Part shown: in pieces, positions 50,544 to 58,870 of the stretch
Layout of the letters: each line of letters begins with the position of its first letter
How positions within the stretch are numbered: position 1 is the stretch's first letter
Source of the DNA: an uncultured bacterium
Lineage (GTDB): Bacteria > Patescibacteriota > JACMRA01
Direction: 5' to 3'
DNA: 64,000 nucleotides
NCBI GenBank assembly: GCA_963704645.1
Contig: OY969926.1
Coordinates: forward strand, 672,001-736,000
Translations under genes and position numbers: made by a program
Notes under the pieces: model-generated
Seen by the model: only the letters and a program-made list of their open reading frames with translations
Database searches by the model: none
Told to the model about the DNA's origin: nothing

Positions 50544-51038
50544 TTAAAATAATGGTGAAAAATCTAAAGATTCTTGTTGATAGCAATATACCTTATTCGG
50601 TAATTTGTGAAAATCAATGGTAGGGTCTTCGCCAACTAGTCTTATATCTGGGACAAAGATAATAGTTTTTTCCAGCTCAATTAATACTCCGTACCTTGTA
50701 ATGAAACTGCTCTCCGACTCAGCTGTTTGGGGAGCTTTTAATAATGTAGAGCTCCAAGCAACAACTGTTTTATCTTTACTATTGTGTGTGGCAAAAAAGT
50801 CTATATATTTTACATTTCCAATTTTTGCCAATCCCATGATTGCATTGTATTCTGGGTGAATAGAATTTCTATGGTGTCTAATGATATTCATTATACTTAA
50901 AATTCTATCTTGAGCGAATACAAGCATGTGGTAATCTTTTGATAAAACAATATCCTTACTTGCTGCGCTATTTATATATATAAGATCTAGCTGTCCATCT
51001 GTTAACTCACTTTGCCAATCTATTTTAATGTGGCTCAT
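50544..51038 (-). CDS. Orphan protein inserted between the two typA halves
   Basis: 164-aa open ORF with GGAG SD, own terminator and TTGCCA promoter. Confidence 0.65.
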   Translation of the reverse strand: MSHIKIDWQSELTDGQLDLIYINSAASKDIVLSKDYHMLVFAQDRILSIMNIIRHHRNSIHPEYNAIMGLAKIGNVKYIDFFATHNSKDKTVVAWSSTLLKAPQTAESESSFITRYGVLIELEKTIIFVPDIRLVGEDPTIDFHKLPNKVYCYQQESLDFSPLF

Positions 51039-51076
51039 TGATTTCTCCAAATGATAATCAAATTTGTTCGAATAAT

Positions 51077-51100
51077 GGAGATGGCAAGCATCTCCGCTAC
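51077..51100 (-). repeat. GTAG-type REP-like hairpin
   Basis: Reverse complement GTAGC-GGAGATG-CTTGC-CATCTCC. Confidence 0.6.
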
Positions 51101-51178
51101 ACTAGAATAATTGTAAATTTTTAGTAGTTTTGGCAAATATTTGACTTGAAATGAAAAAATTGAGTTGATTTATTTAAT

Positions 51179-51814
51179 ATGAGTCAGATGTATGAACCTT
51201 TTGAATTAGTAGAAATAGACGTACCTTTAGATTACCAAGGCGTTGTTCTACAAGAGCTTGGCAAACGAAGTGCCGAGATTTTACAAATTAACCCAAACGA
51301 GTCTGGAACCGAAATTCATTTTGAGGCTAAAATGGCCACACGTGCTTTAATTGGTTTAAAAAGTTATCTTTTAACTTCCACTAAAGGAACCGTAGTTATT
51401 AACTCTGTATTCGATGAATATAAGCCAACAATTCAATTAACCGTAACAAAAGATCACGGTAGCTTAATTTCTATGGAAAGCGGCACTACAATGGCTTATT
51501 CCTTAAATAATGCCCAAGAACGTGGAACATTGTTCATAGGCGCCGCTGTAGACGTTTACGCAGGTATGGTTATTGGCGAAACTTCTAAAAATGAAGATTT
51601 GGAATTGAACCCAACTAAAGGTAAGCAGTTAAGCAACGTTCGTTCTAAAAGTAGTGATGACGCTTTAACCTTAACTCCACCAAGAGAAATGGGTCTTGAA
51701 AATGCTTTAGAATATATTGGAGACGACGAACTTGTAGAGGTAACTCCAATCAATATTCGTATTAGAAAAAAGTATTTAGATCCTAACGACAGAAAGAGGA
51801 ACAAAGCTAGGTAG
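51179..51814 (+). CDS. typA: TypA/BipA GTPase, C-terminal half (domain V and CTD)
   Basis: EPFELVEIDVP, RALIG, QERGTLFI, YAGMVIGE, KQLSNVR, DELVEVTP..IRIRK. Confidence 0.95.
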   Translation: MSQMYEPFELVEIDVPLDYQGVVLQELGKRSAEILQINPNESGTEIHFEAKMATRALIGLKSYLLTSTKGTVVINSVFDEYKPTIQLTVTKDHGSLISMESGTTMAYSLNNAQERGTLFIGAAVDVYAGMVIGETSKNEDLELNPTKGKQLSNVRSKSSDDALTLTPPREMGLENALEYIGDDELVEVTPINIRIRKKYLDPNDRKRNKAR

Positions 51815-51871
51815 TAAGACTTAATTTAGTATAGCATTGGCGACCATTTTGGTCGTTTTTTTTATTCCAGA

Positions 51872-53869
51872 TTAATAACATCTATACTCCATTAACACAA
51901 TTTTGGTTGGTAAAGAATATTGGTTTTGGTCTGCAGTCCTTTGAAAGAATAGAAGTTGGAAAGTGTGAAGTTTTTTACTGTCTGGAATTGGATTAAATAA
52001 ATTGCTTAACTGATTGCTGTTTGGTTCAGCTAACTGTGAATTTCCTGTAAAAATATTGCTTAAATTGTTTACATTTCCATCATTCCATCTTCTGCATAAA
52101 TATCCACCAAAATTCTCTCTTGCTTTTTCGTTTGAAGGAATAGAATCTGTTAAATACTTTCTCCAGCCCTGTGAATTCATATCGGAAGGAAGCTGTCTTA
52201 CTTGTTCTTCGAAATTAAAATTTGAACCGTTGGTCTTATTTATATCTCTTAATTCAGACTGATACAAATATGGAGCATTAAAATTTTTGTTAAAGACATC
52301 AACTTTTGTTCCGTCTGCTAGCTTTCCAGGAATTACATACCACCCAGAGACTTTAAGTGGTGAAGGGGAAAACATATCCCAACGCTGATTCAAACCTAAA
52401 GTCCAGCCAACTTGGTTCAAAGGCTCTGCAATTTTGTATTCTTTAAAACTTTCACCTACATTCCAAAATAAAATATAAATCAGAAAAAAAGCCGCTAAAC
52501 CTTGCGTAATATACTCTGGAAAATTTAAATTAAACTTCTTATTTGGTTTTAGGGTTTTAATTTCATCTTTAGAAACACATTCATCATCCTTAACATTTAA
52601 TCTAGGGTTAATTGAATCAATGAAATTAGAAATCTTATGTCTGTTTTTAGCAATTATTTCGTACAATTTGTTTCCTAATTTGTATAAAAACCCTTGTTTA
52701 AATACCGGAACTAGCCAGCTAAATAGTGGCCAGCTTTTCCCAACTCTTAGAATAGCATCAAATTTATAGAAACGTTCACCGGTGTTATCTTCTACAATAA
52801 AAGAATCGTATTTCAACATTGCTTCTAAAGTGTCTTTCTTGCTTTGGCCAGAAATTATTACCAAACTGTTTTGTAAGGCACAGGCTGCTGTAGTACAAAA
52901 ACTACATTCTTGATCGTAATAAAATGTTAACTTTTCAGTTGGTTTCATTTTATTAGCTAGCCAATCCCAGAATTTTGAAGGCGTGAAAAGTAAAAAGGAA
53001 ACAACAAAAATATAAGGGAATAAAAATATCTGTAGCCCAAGACCGAAACTAACTAGCATCAAAATAATAATTGGTAAAATAACATTTCTAATTGCTTCAT
53101 TTTTGAAAGGGAAGAAAAGAAGTATTGGCGCAGAAAATTCTATCCAATAAAGCAGTGCCGTAGATAATTTAAGTAGTTCTGGGAAGTTTAATAACCACCT
53201 TCCGAAATCTGTACTTAAATAATTTACTTTCATGGCTATTGCTGAAGCTGTAAAATTAGGCCAAAGCCACTCATTACCAGTTTTTAAAATTGCCGCAAAT
53301 AACAATGTTAATGCTACTTGAACCAGAATTGCTAGGCTGGCAATATTAGATACATAATTTATTTTTTCATCTGAATTTTCTTCTAAAACATCCATTTTTT
53401 TGTTTTTGAATAGTGAATCTAAACTCCAAACTTGCCCTAAATTGAGGAACAAACTCCAAAACATAACTATATGAAATAAGTTGTCTCCGCCTTGCAAAAC
53501 TAGCTCATTTCTATTGTGCAAAGATAATAGTAAAACCCAAGAAATAAAAGTAAATAGTCTGGTCCTGTAACCTAGAACTAGAAACAAGGCGCTTACCAAA
53601 CTAATTAAAAATAACAAAGAAACAAACCAGAATTGACCATTAATATTGTACAACGAAAACCTATTTACATCGGAAAAATATTGCAGCAATGCAAATCTAG
53701 ATAAAATACCTTGATCTGTATAAAAGGCTATTAAATCTGGAATTCTTGAAATTAAATCTATTATAATTAACAACCCAATTCCAATTCTAAAAATGGCCAA
53801 TGATCTATAATCAATTTTGCTGATGTTGGTAAATATTCCCTGAATTCCATTATAAAACCTGCTTAACAT
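51872..53869 (-). CDS. HTTM-domain membrane protein fused to a DCC/DUF393 thiol-disulfide domain
   Basis: DYRSLAIFRIG, LGYRTR, SLHNRN..VLQGGD; YYDQECSFC; QRWDMFSP. Confidence 0.85.
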   Translation of the reverse strand: MLSRFYNGIQGIFTNISKIDYRSLAIFRIGIGLLIIIDLISRIPDLIAFYTDQGILSRFALLQYFSDVNRFSLYNINGQFWFVSLLFLISLVSALFLVLGYRTRLFTFISWVLLLSLHNRNELVLQGGDNLFHIVMFWSLFLNLGQVWSLDSLFKNKKMDVLEENSDEKINYVSNIASLAILVQVALTLLFAAILKTGNEWLWPNFTASAIAMKVNYLSTDFGRWLLNFPELLKLSTALLYWIEFSAPILLFFPFKNEAIRNVILPIIILMLVSFGLGLQIFLFPYIFVVSFLLFTPSKFWDWLANKMKPTEKLTFYYDQECSFCTTAACALQNSLVIISGQSKKDTLEAMLKYDSFIVEDNTGERFYKFDAILRVGKSWPLFSWLVPVFKQGFLYKLGNKLYEIIAKNRHKISNFIDSINPRLNVKDDECVSKDEIKTLKPNKKFNLNFPEYITQGLAAFFLIYILFWNVGESFKEYKIAEPLNQVGWTLGLNQRWDMFSPSPLKVSGWYVIPGKLADGTKVDVFNKNFNAPYLYQSELRDINKTNGSNFNFEEQVRQLPSDMNSQGWRKYLTDSIPSNEKARENFGGYLCRRWNDGNVNNLSNIFTGNSQLAEPNSNQLSNLFNPIPDSKKLHTFQLLFFQRTADQNQYSLPTKIVLMEYRCY

Positions 53870-53916
53870 ACTTTCTTTTTGTTTATTTTTTGCTGCACTT
53901 TTTAATTATTTCTTTT

Positions 53917-53941
53917 TGGTGGTCTCGGTGCGAATTGAACG
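53917..53941 (-). repeat. tRNA-Arg(CCT) 3'-end fragment (att-like)
   Basis: TGGTGGTCTCGGTGCGAATTGAACG versus TGGTGGTCTCGGCGCGACTTGAACG at 48967 (23/25 identical). Confidence 0.8.
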
Positions 53942-54191
53942 AGCTTCTTTTAGCCATTATACAGTACATTTCTAAGATGGTAAATAGAATAATTGATATA
54001 TTCTTTAGGTTACTATGTTTTCAAGAGTATATTTGGATGAGTTTATCATTGAAACCTTTAATACATCATTCTATTCATTTTTTTTATAAACTATTATCAG
54101 ATAAATGTCGTAAATGAACTATCGCATCTGTTGTTTTTAAATGCTAGTTTATGTTTGACAACATATTGCCCTGTATCCACCATTTAACATT

Positions 54192-55130
54192 ATGGATGCT
54201 TTATCAGCTAAACAAGTTGTAAAAAAATACGATAACGGTGTGCAGGCCTTAAAAGGGGTGGACTTAATAATTCCAGAGGGCTCGTTTTATGCATTATTGG
54301 GTGCAAATGGGGCAGGGAAGACTACTTTAATAAGTATTGCTTCTTCTCTACAACGTAAAACTAGCGGTGAAATTAGCATATTTGGAAACAATTTAGATAC
54401 CAATCCTAACAAAGCTAAACAATTTATTGGTTTAGTTCCTCAAGAATTTAATTTCAGTATTTTTGAAAAAGTAATAGATATTGTTGTTTGGCAAGCCGGA
54501 TATTTTGGAATTGAAAGAAAAGAAGCCTTAAAAAGAGCCGAAGAGGTTTTAACCCATCTAGAACTTTGGGATAAAAGAGAAGAATATTCTAGAAACTTGT
54601 CTGGGGGAATGAAGAGACGTTTACTAATTGCCCGGGCGTTAATGCACAAACCAAAACTTCTATTTTTAGACGAACCAACTGTGGGAGTAGATGTTCAGCT
54701 TAGAATTGGAATGTGGAATTATTTACGAAAACTTAACCAAGAAGAGGGTGTTTCTATTTTACTAACAACTCACTATCTAGAAGAAGTAGAGCAAATGTGT
54801 CAGCGTGCAGCAATTATAAAACAAGGCGAAATTATTCTTAACGATTCCGTTTCCAATTTATTAAAAACCTTAGACTCAGAAATTTATACAGTAGAACTGC
54901 AAGACGTAAACCAGAAAATAGATTTTAAAGATTTCAAAGTGCAGAATAATTCAACTGAAGTAGCTAGTTCTGTTTCAATGGCTAATCAAAATAATTTTGA
55001 AATTGTAATAGATAAAACTCATAACTTAAATCAGTTAATGCATTTATTTGATAGTCAAAACATTAAAATTGCTGGCATAAGACCAAAAGGTAACCGTTTG
55101 GAGGAATTATTTTTAAGCGTAACCAAATAA
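54192..55130 (+). CDS. ABC-2 transporter ATP-binding protein (YadG-like)
   Basis: GANGAGKTT, LVPQEFNF, LSGGMKRR, LDEPT. Confidence 0.92.
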   Translation: MDALSAKQVVKKYDNGVQALKGVDLIIPEGSFYALLGANGAGKTTLISIASSLQRKTSGEISIFGNNLDTNPNKAKQFIGLVPQEFNFSIFEKVIDIVVWQAGYFGIERKEALKRAEEVLTHLELWDKREEYSRNLSGGMKRRLLIARALMHKPKLLFLDEPTVGVDVQLRIGMWNYLRKLNQEEGVSILLTTHYLEEVEQMCQRAAIIKQGEIILNDSVSNLLKTLDSEIYTVELQDVNQKIDFKDFKVQNNSTEVASSVSMANQNNFEIVIDKTHNLNQLMHLFDSQNIKIAGIRPKGNRLEELFLSVTK

Positions 55131-55145
55131 ACATTATACAAATTT

Positions 55146-55952
55146 ATGTCCGATAATTCAAATTCATCTTCTAGTATTAGCAAACCATCAATTTCTTGGG
55201 TGGCCTTCACCACAATTGTAAGAAAGGAAGTTGTGCGTTTTATGCGTATTTGGGGGCAAACAATTTTACCACCAGCAATTACTCAAAGTTTATATTTCTT
55301 AATTTTTGGAACAATTATTGGCTCTCAAATTAGTGCAATTAATGGCCTTTCCTATATGCAATTTGTGGTTCCAGGTATTATTATGATGTCTATTATTACC
55401 AATAGTTATGCAAATGTTTTAAGTTCGTTTTTCGGTGCTAAATTACAAAAATATGTTGAAGAAGTTTTGGTTTCGCCAACTCCTAATTGGGTTGTTATGT
55501 CTGGATATGTAGGCGGGGGAGTTTTACGTGGAATGTTGGTTGGCTTGGTTGTGTTTATTGTTTCATTCTTTTTCACTTTACCAAAGGTTGAAAACCCAGC
55601 TTTAGTAATATTTTTTAGTTTACTTACAGCTATAGTTTTTTCTTTAGCCGGTTTTATGAACGCTATTTTTGCCCAAAAGTTTGATGATCTTTCTATTATT
55701 CCAACTTTTATTTTAACACCATTAACTTATTTAGGAGGAGTATTTTATTCTATAAAAAGCCTTCCAAGCTTCTGGAGCGATGTAGCCAAGTTTAACCCAA
55801 TTGTTTACATGGTAGATGGTTTTAGAGCAGGTTTTTACGGAACCTCAGATTTCCAAATTTGGTACAGTGCCACACTTTTAATTATAGTAGCTGCAGTTCT
55901 ATCCTTCGCTAACTTATATTTAATGAGGAAAGGAATTGGAGTTAAGAATTAG
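55146..55952 (+). CDS. ABC-2 transporter permease (YadH-like)
   Basis: KEVVRFMRIWGQTILPP, PLTYLGGVFYS, NPIVYMVDGFR. Confidence 0.92.
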   Translation: MSDNSNSSSSISKPSISWVAFTTIVRKEVVRFMRIWGQTILPPAITQSLYFLIFGTIIGSQISAINGLSYMQFVVPGIIMMSIITNSYANVLSSFFGAKLQKYVEEVLVSPTPNWVVMSGYVGGGVLRGMLVGLVVFIVSFFFTLPKVENPALVIFFSLLTAIVFSLAGFMNAIFAQKFDDLSIIPTFILTPLTYLGGVFYSIKSLPSFWSDVAKFNPIVYMVDGFRAGFYGTSDFQIWYSATLLIIVAAVLSFANLYLMRKGIGVKN

Positions 55953-56008
55953 TCAAGAGTAGATTTGAACTAGCATTTTGATCTTACAGTAAACCAATTA
56001 AAATATAC

Positions 56009-56033
56009 TTGCAAAACTTAAATTTTTATGCTT
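56009..56033 (+). promoter_or_regulatory. Orphan-gene motif TTGCAA-N12-TATGCTT
   Basis: Motif match upstream of 56072. Confidence 0.6.
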
Positions 56034-56071
56034 ATATAAAAAAGGAAATTTTATTTTTTTGTGAGGTTACT

Positions 56072-56506
56072 GTGGCTAAGACTAAAACTAGATTGAGTTT
56101 TTCTGATTTACTAGTTGGTGAAGATTGCTCTATTACTGTTAAAGAAACAGAAAATAAAGTAAAAAGCACAACAATTGATGTTGTCGCCAAGGTTTTAAAT
56201 TGCGATTATTGGGATTTACGGCTTTGGGAAGAATTTTTAGATCATCAGGTAGCAGAAAATGGAATTATTTCCCATCCAGTTACTCTTGAAAAATATTATG
56301 TTAGTGGTGTTTATCTTGTTGGAATTATTCCATGCAAATACAACTTGCTAACTGAGTTGCGAAACAGCGAGATTTCTTTTCCAGACAAAGAATTTAAGGT
56401 AGAAGTTGGATTCCAGCTCTTCCTTAATACCAAGAAGCTAGAGCTAATGGAACAACGCTTCCAAATTGCTAATAAAGTTTTAGAAGCAGAAGAAGATTTC
56501 TATTAA
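56072..56506 (+). CDS. Orphan protein
   Basis: GAGG SD with GTG start; hairpin CCCTCGG-CTGA-CCGAGGG at 56515-56532 shared with convergent rpsL. Confidence 0.6.
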   Translation: MAKTKTRLSFSDLLVGEDCSITVKETENKVKSTTIDVVAKVLNCDYWDLRLWEEFLDHQVAENGIISHPVTLEKYYVSGVYLVGIIPCKYNLLTELRNSEISFPDKEFKVEVGFQLFLNTKKLELMEQRFQIANKVLEAEEDFY

Positions 56507-56562
56507 AAACAAACCCCTCGGCTGACCGAGGGAAATTTCTTTGTGAAATTAGTTTTGTTAAA

Positions 56563-56979
56563 CTATTTGGATTTTGGTTTTTTAGCACCGTATTTACTTC
56601 TACTACCCATTCTTTTCTGAACTCCTGCAGTGTCTAACTTACCACGTACAATATGATATCGTACACCAGGTAAATCTTTTACTCTACCACCTCTAATTAA
56701 AACAACGCTGTGTTCTTGTAAGTTGTGGCCAATACCAGGAATATAGGCAATTACTTCCATTTTATTAGAAAGCTTAACTTTAGCTACTTTTCTAACAGCA
56801 GAGTTAGGTTTCTTAGGTGTAGTTGTGTAAACTTTAGTACAAACTCCTCTTTTGAAAGGTGAGTTATTGTTTACAACAGACTTAGTGTTATTGTTCCAAG
56901 AAATACCCATTGCTGGAGACTTAGTTTTGGTAGTGGTTTTAAGTCTAGGTTTTCTAATTAATTGATTAATTGTAGGCAT
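56563..56979 (-). CDS. rpsL: 30S ribosomal protein S12
   Basis: [31 protein letters not shown]. Confidence 0.98.
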   Translation of the reverse strand: MPTINQLIRKPRLKTTTKTKSPAMGISWNNNTKSVVNNNSPFKRGVCTKVYTTTPKKPNSAVRKVAKVKLSNKMEVIAYIPGIGHNLQEHSVVLIRGGRVKDLPGVRYHIVRGKLDTAGVQKRMGSRSKYGAKKPKSK

Positions 56980-57001
56980 ATGAAATGTGTTTATTTTTAA
57001 T

Positions 57002-57454
57002 TTAGATTACTTCAATCATTTGTGCACCATTTGTAAAGTTATGATTAGCCTTAAAAATGTGAACTCTGTTGTTCATTCTAAGGTCTTGGTGTCTGTTTTT
57101 TGGTAACATTCCTTTAATAGCTTTGTACAAAGGTACGGTTGAATCTTTAGCCATTTGTTCTGGGAAAGATGTAATTTTTAAACTACCAATTCTGCCAGAG
57201 TGTCTGAAATAATTTTTCTTTATGGCTTTTTGACCGGTTAGAACAATTTTATCTGCATTTATTATAACTAGTATTCCACCCATGTCAACATCAGAGGCGT
57301 AGCTGGCTAAGTTTTTACCAGTTAATAAGTTAGCAGCCTTAGAAGCTAATCTTCCTAGGGGTTGTTTAGAGGCGTCTAAAATATACCAAGATCTTTGTAA
57401 TCCAGTTTTAGTTGGTCTTGTAGTTTTGGTTTTATTCATTAAAGCAATGGACAT
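57002..57454 (-). CDS. rplM: 50S ribosomal protein L13
   Basis: WYILDA...LGRLAS...[12 protein letters not shown]. Confidence 0.95.
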   Translation of the reverse strand: MSIALMNKTKTTRPTKTGLQRSWYILDASKQPLGRLASKAANLLTGKNLASYASDVDMGGILVIINADKIVLTGQKAIKKNYFRHSGRIGSLKITSFPEQMAKDSTVPLYKAIKGMLPKNRHQDLRMNNRVHIFKANHNFTNGAQMIEVI

Positions 57455-57465
57455 ATAATTATAGT

Positions 57466-57831
57466 TTATTGGTTATCAGATACAATTTGTACAACACTTT
57501 GATCTAATGTGTGGAAGTTATCTGCAAGGTGAAATTGTCTTGTATATCCAGAATTTCTTGTTTGTAATTTAGGAATTACATCTTCTAACATTTTTCTACT
57601 TACAGCTTCGGAAAAGTATTGACGTAGGTATTTGAAAGCTAGTTCTTTATTTTCTCCTGCTTTTTTACAGTTGGTTACTAATCTATCAAATTTTGGTCTG
57701 AACCATTTGGCTCTGGTTGTAAAAGTTATAATTTGACCGCTTTGAATTAATCCAGATGAAAGATCTGTCCAAAGTCTTTTTCTTTCTTCAGTTGTTCTTT
57801 TAAATTTCTTGGTTGTTTTAAGATGGCGCAT
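57466..57831 (-). CDS. rplQ: 50S ribosomal protein L17 (divergent)
   Basis: MRH...; I.T..TRAK..RP..DRLVT; RNSGYTR. Confidence 0.85.
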   Translation of the reverse strand: MRHLKTTKKFKRTTEERKRLWTDLSSGLIQSGQIITFTTRAKWFRPKFDRLVTNCKKAGENKELAFKYLRQYFSEAVSRKMLEDVIPKLQTRNSGYTRQFHLADNFHTLDQSVVQIVSDNQ

Positions 57832-57857
57832 AGAATTTCTATAAAATTTTCTTTATA

Positions 57858-58319
57858 CTATTTAGTTTCACTAGTTTCAGCTTTTTTAACAGTTGTAGCC
57901 TTTTTAACTACAGCTTTCTTTTCAACTTTAACTGCTTTTTCTTTTACTTCTGCTGGTTTAACTGTTTTTGTAGCTTTTTTTTCTGGCTTTGTTTCTTCTA
58001 TATTAACTTCTTCTTTTACAGCCTTTTTGACTGGCTTAACAATTCCACCTTCAACTTGTAATTCAGTTAAATAACTCCTATGACCATACTGTCTATGATA
58101 GTTAGATTTAGATTTGAATTTAACAACTCTAATTTTTTCACCTTTTAAGTGTCTTAATACTGTGGCTTTTACAGCTTTTAAGCCTGCGTTTTCGCCATAA
58201 GCATGAATTAAATTTAACTCTACTGTAGAAGATAATTCTGCTTCTAATCTATCTACTAAAAATTTTTGACCTAATTCTAAAACATATTGCTTAGATCCTG
58301 ATTGTACAACTAGTGACAT
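57858..58319 (-). CDS. rplU: 50S ribosomal protein L21 with Lys/Ala-rich tail
   Basis: VVQSGSKQY, KGEKIRVVKFKSKSNYHRQYGHR. Confidence 0.93.
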   Translation of the reverse strand: MSLVVQSGSKQYVLELGQKFLVDRLEAELSSTVELNLIHAYGENAGLKAVKATVLRHLKGEKIRVVKFKSKSNYHRQYGHRSYLTELQVEGGIVKPVKKAVKEEVNIEETKPEKKATKTVKPAEVKEKAVKVEKKAVVKKATTVKKAETSETK

Positions 58320-58332
58320 ATATATAATTTGA

Positions 58333-58800
58333 TTAACTTATTTCTAATATTTTTACTTTATAAGTTTGTTTATTCTGATTAAAAGATATTTCTTGATTAA
58401 CGCTTTTACCAATAATGGCTTGTGCTAAAGGTGATTCATTGCTAATTTTATCGTCCAAAGCATCTGCTTCAGAAGAACCTACAATGTGTAAATTAAAATT
58501 TCTGTTAGTATCTAAGAAAGTAATTTTAACCTTACTCCCAATTCTTACAGTTGTACTTGAAGCTAAACTTTTTTCTTCAATTATTATGTAGTTAGCAAGA
58601 ACTTCTTCAATTTCATTTTTTCTTCCCATTAATTTATCATGCTCTTCTTTTGCTGAATCCAAAGAGGCATTTTCTGAAAGGTCACCCTCTGCAATAGCTT
58701 TATTTACTGCATCTAAAATTTGTGGGATCTTAGTTTCATTAAGAGTTAGTAGCTCTTTTTCTAGATCTTTTAATCCTTTTTTACTTAAGTAGTTAGACAT
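58333..58800 (-). CDS. greA: Transcription elongation factor GreA
   Basis: GDLSENA, IVGSSEAD, ISNESPLAQAIIG. Confidence 0.95.
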   Translation of the reverse strand: MSNYLSKKGLKDLEKELLTLNETKIPQILDAVNKAIAEGDLSENASLDSAKEEHDKLMGRKNEIEEVLANYIIIEEKSLASSTTVRIGSKVKITFLDTNRNFNLHIVGSSEADALDDKISNESPLAQAIIGKSVNQEISFNQNKQTYKVKILEIS

Positions 58801-58870
58801 CCGCTCTGTTTATCAAAGAAAATGTACAGTGTCTTGTCAAGATAAAACAGATGTGGTAGTATGATAGAGC

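Noticed and set aside
50450-51200. TATGAA as target-site duplication or splice junction restoring typA
   Set aside because: The two TATGAA copies are in different reading frames, so joining there frameshifts the gene; no intron or intein hallmarks
53890-54117. 75-aa ORF
   Set aside because: Overlaps the tRNA fragment, has a TTG start and no recognisable features; probably non-coding relic DNA
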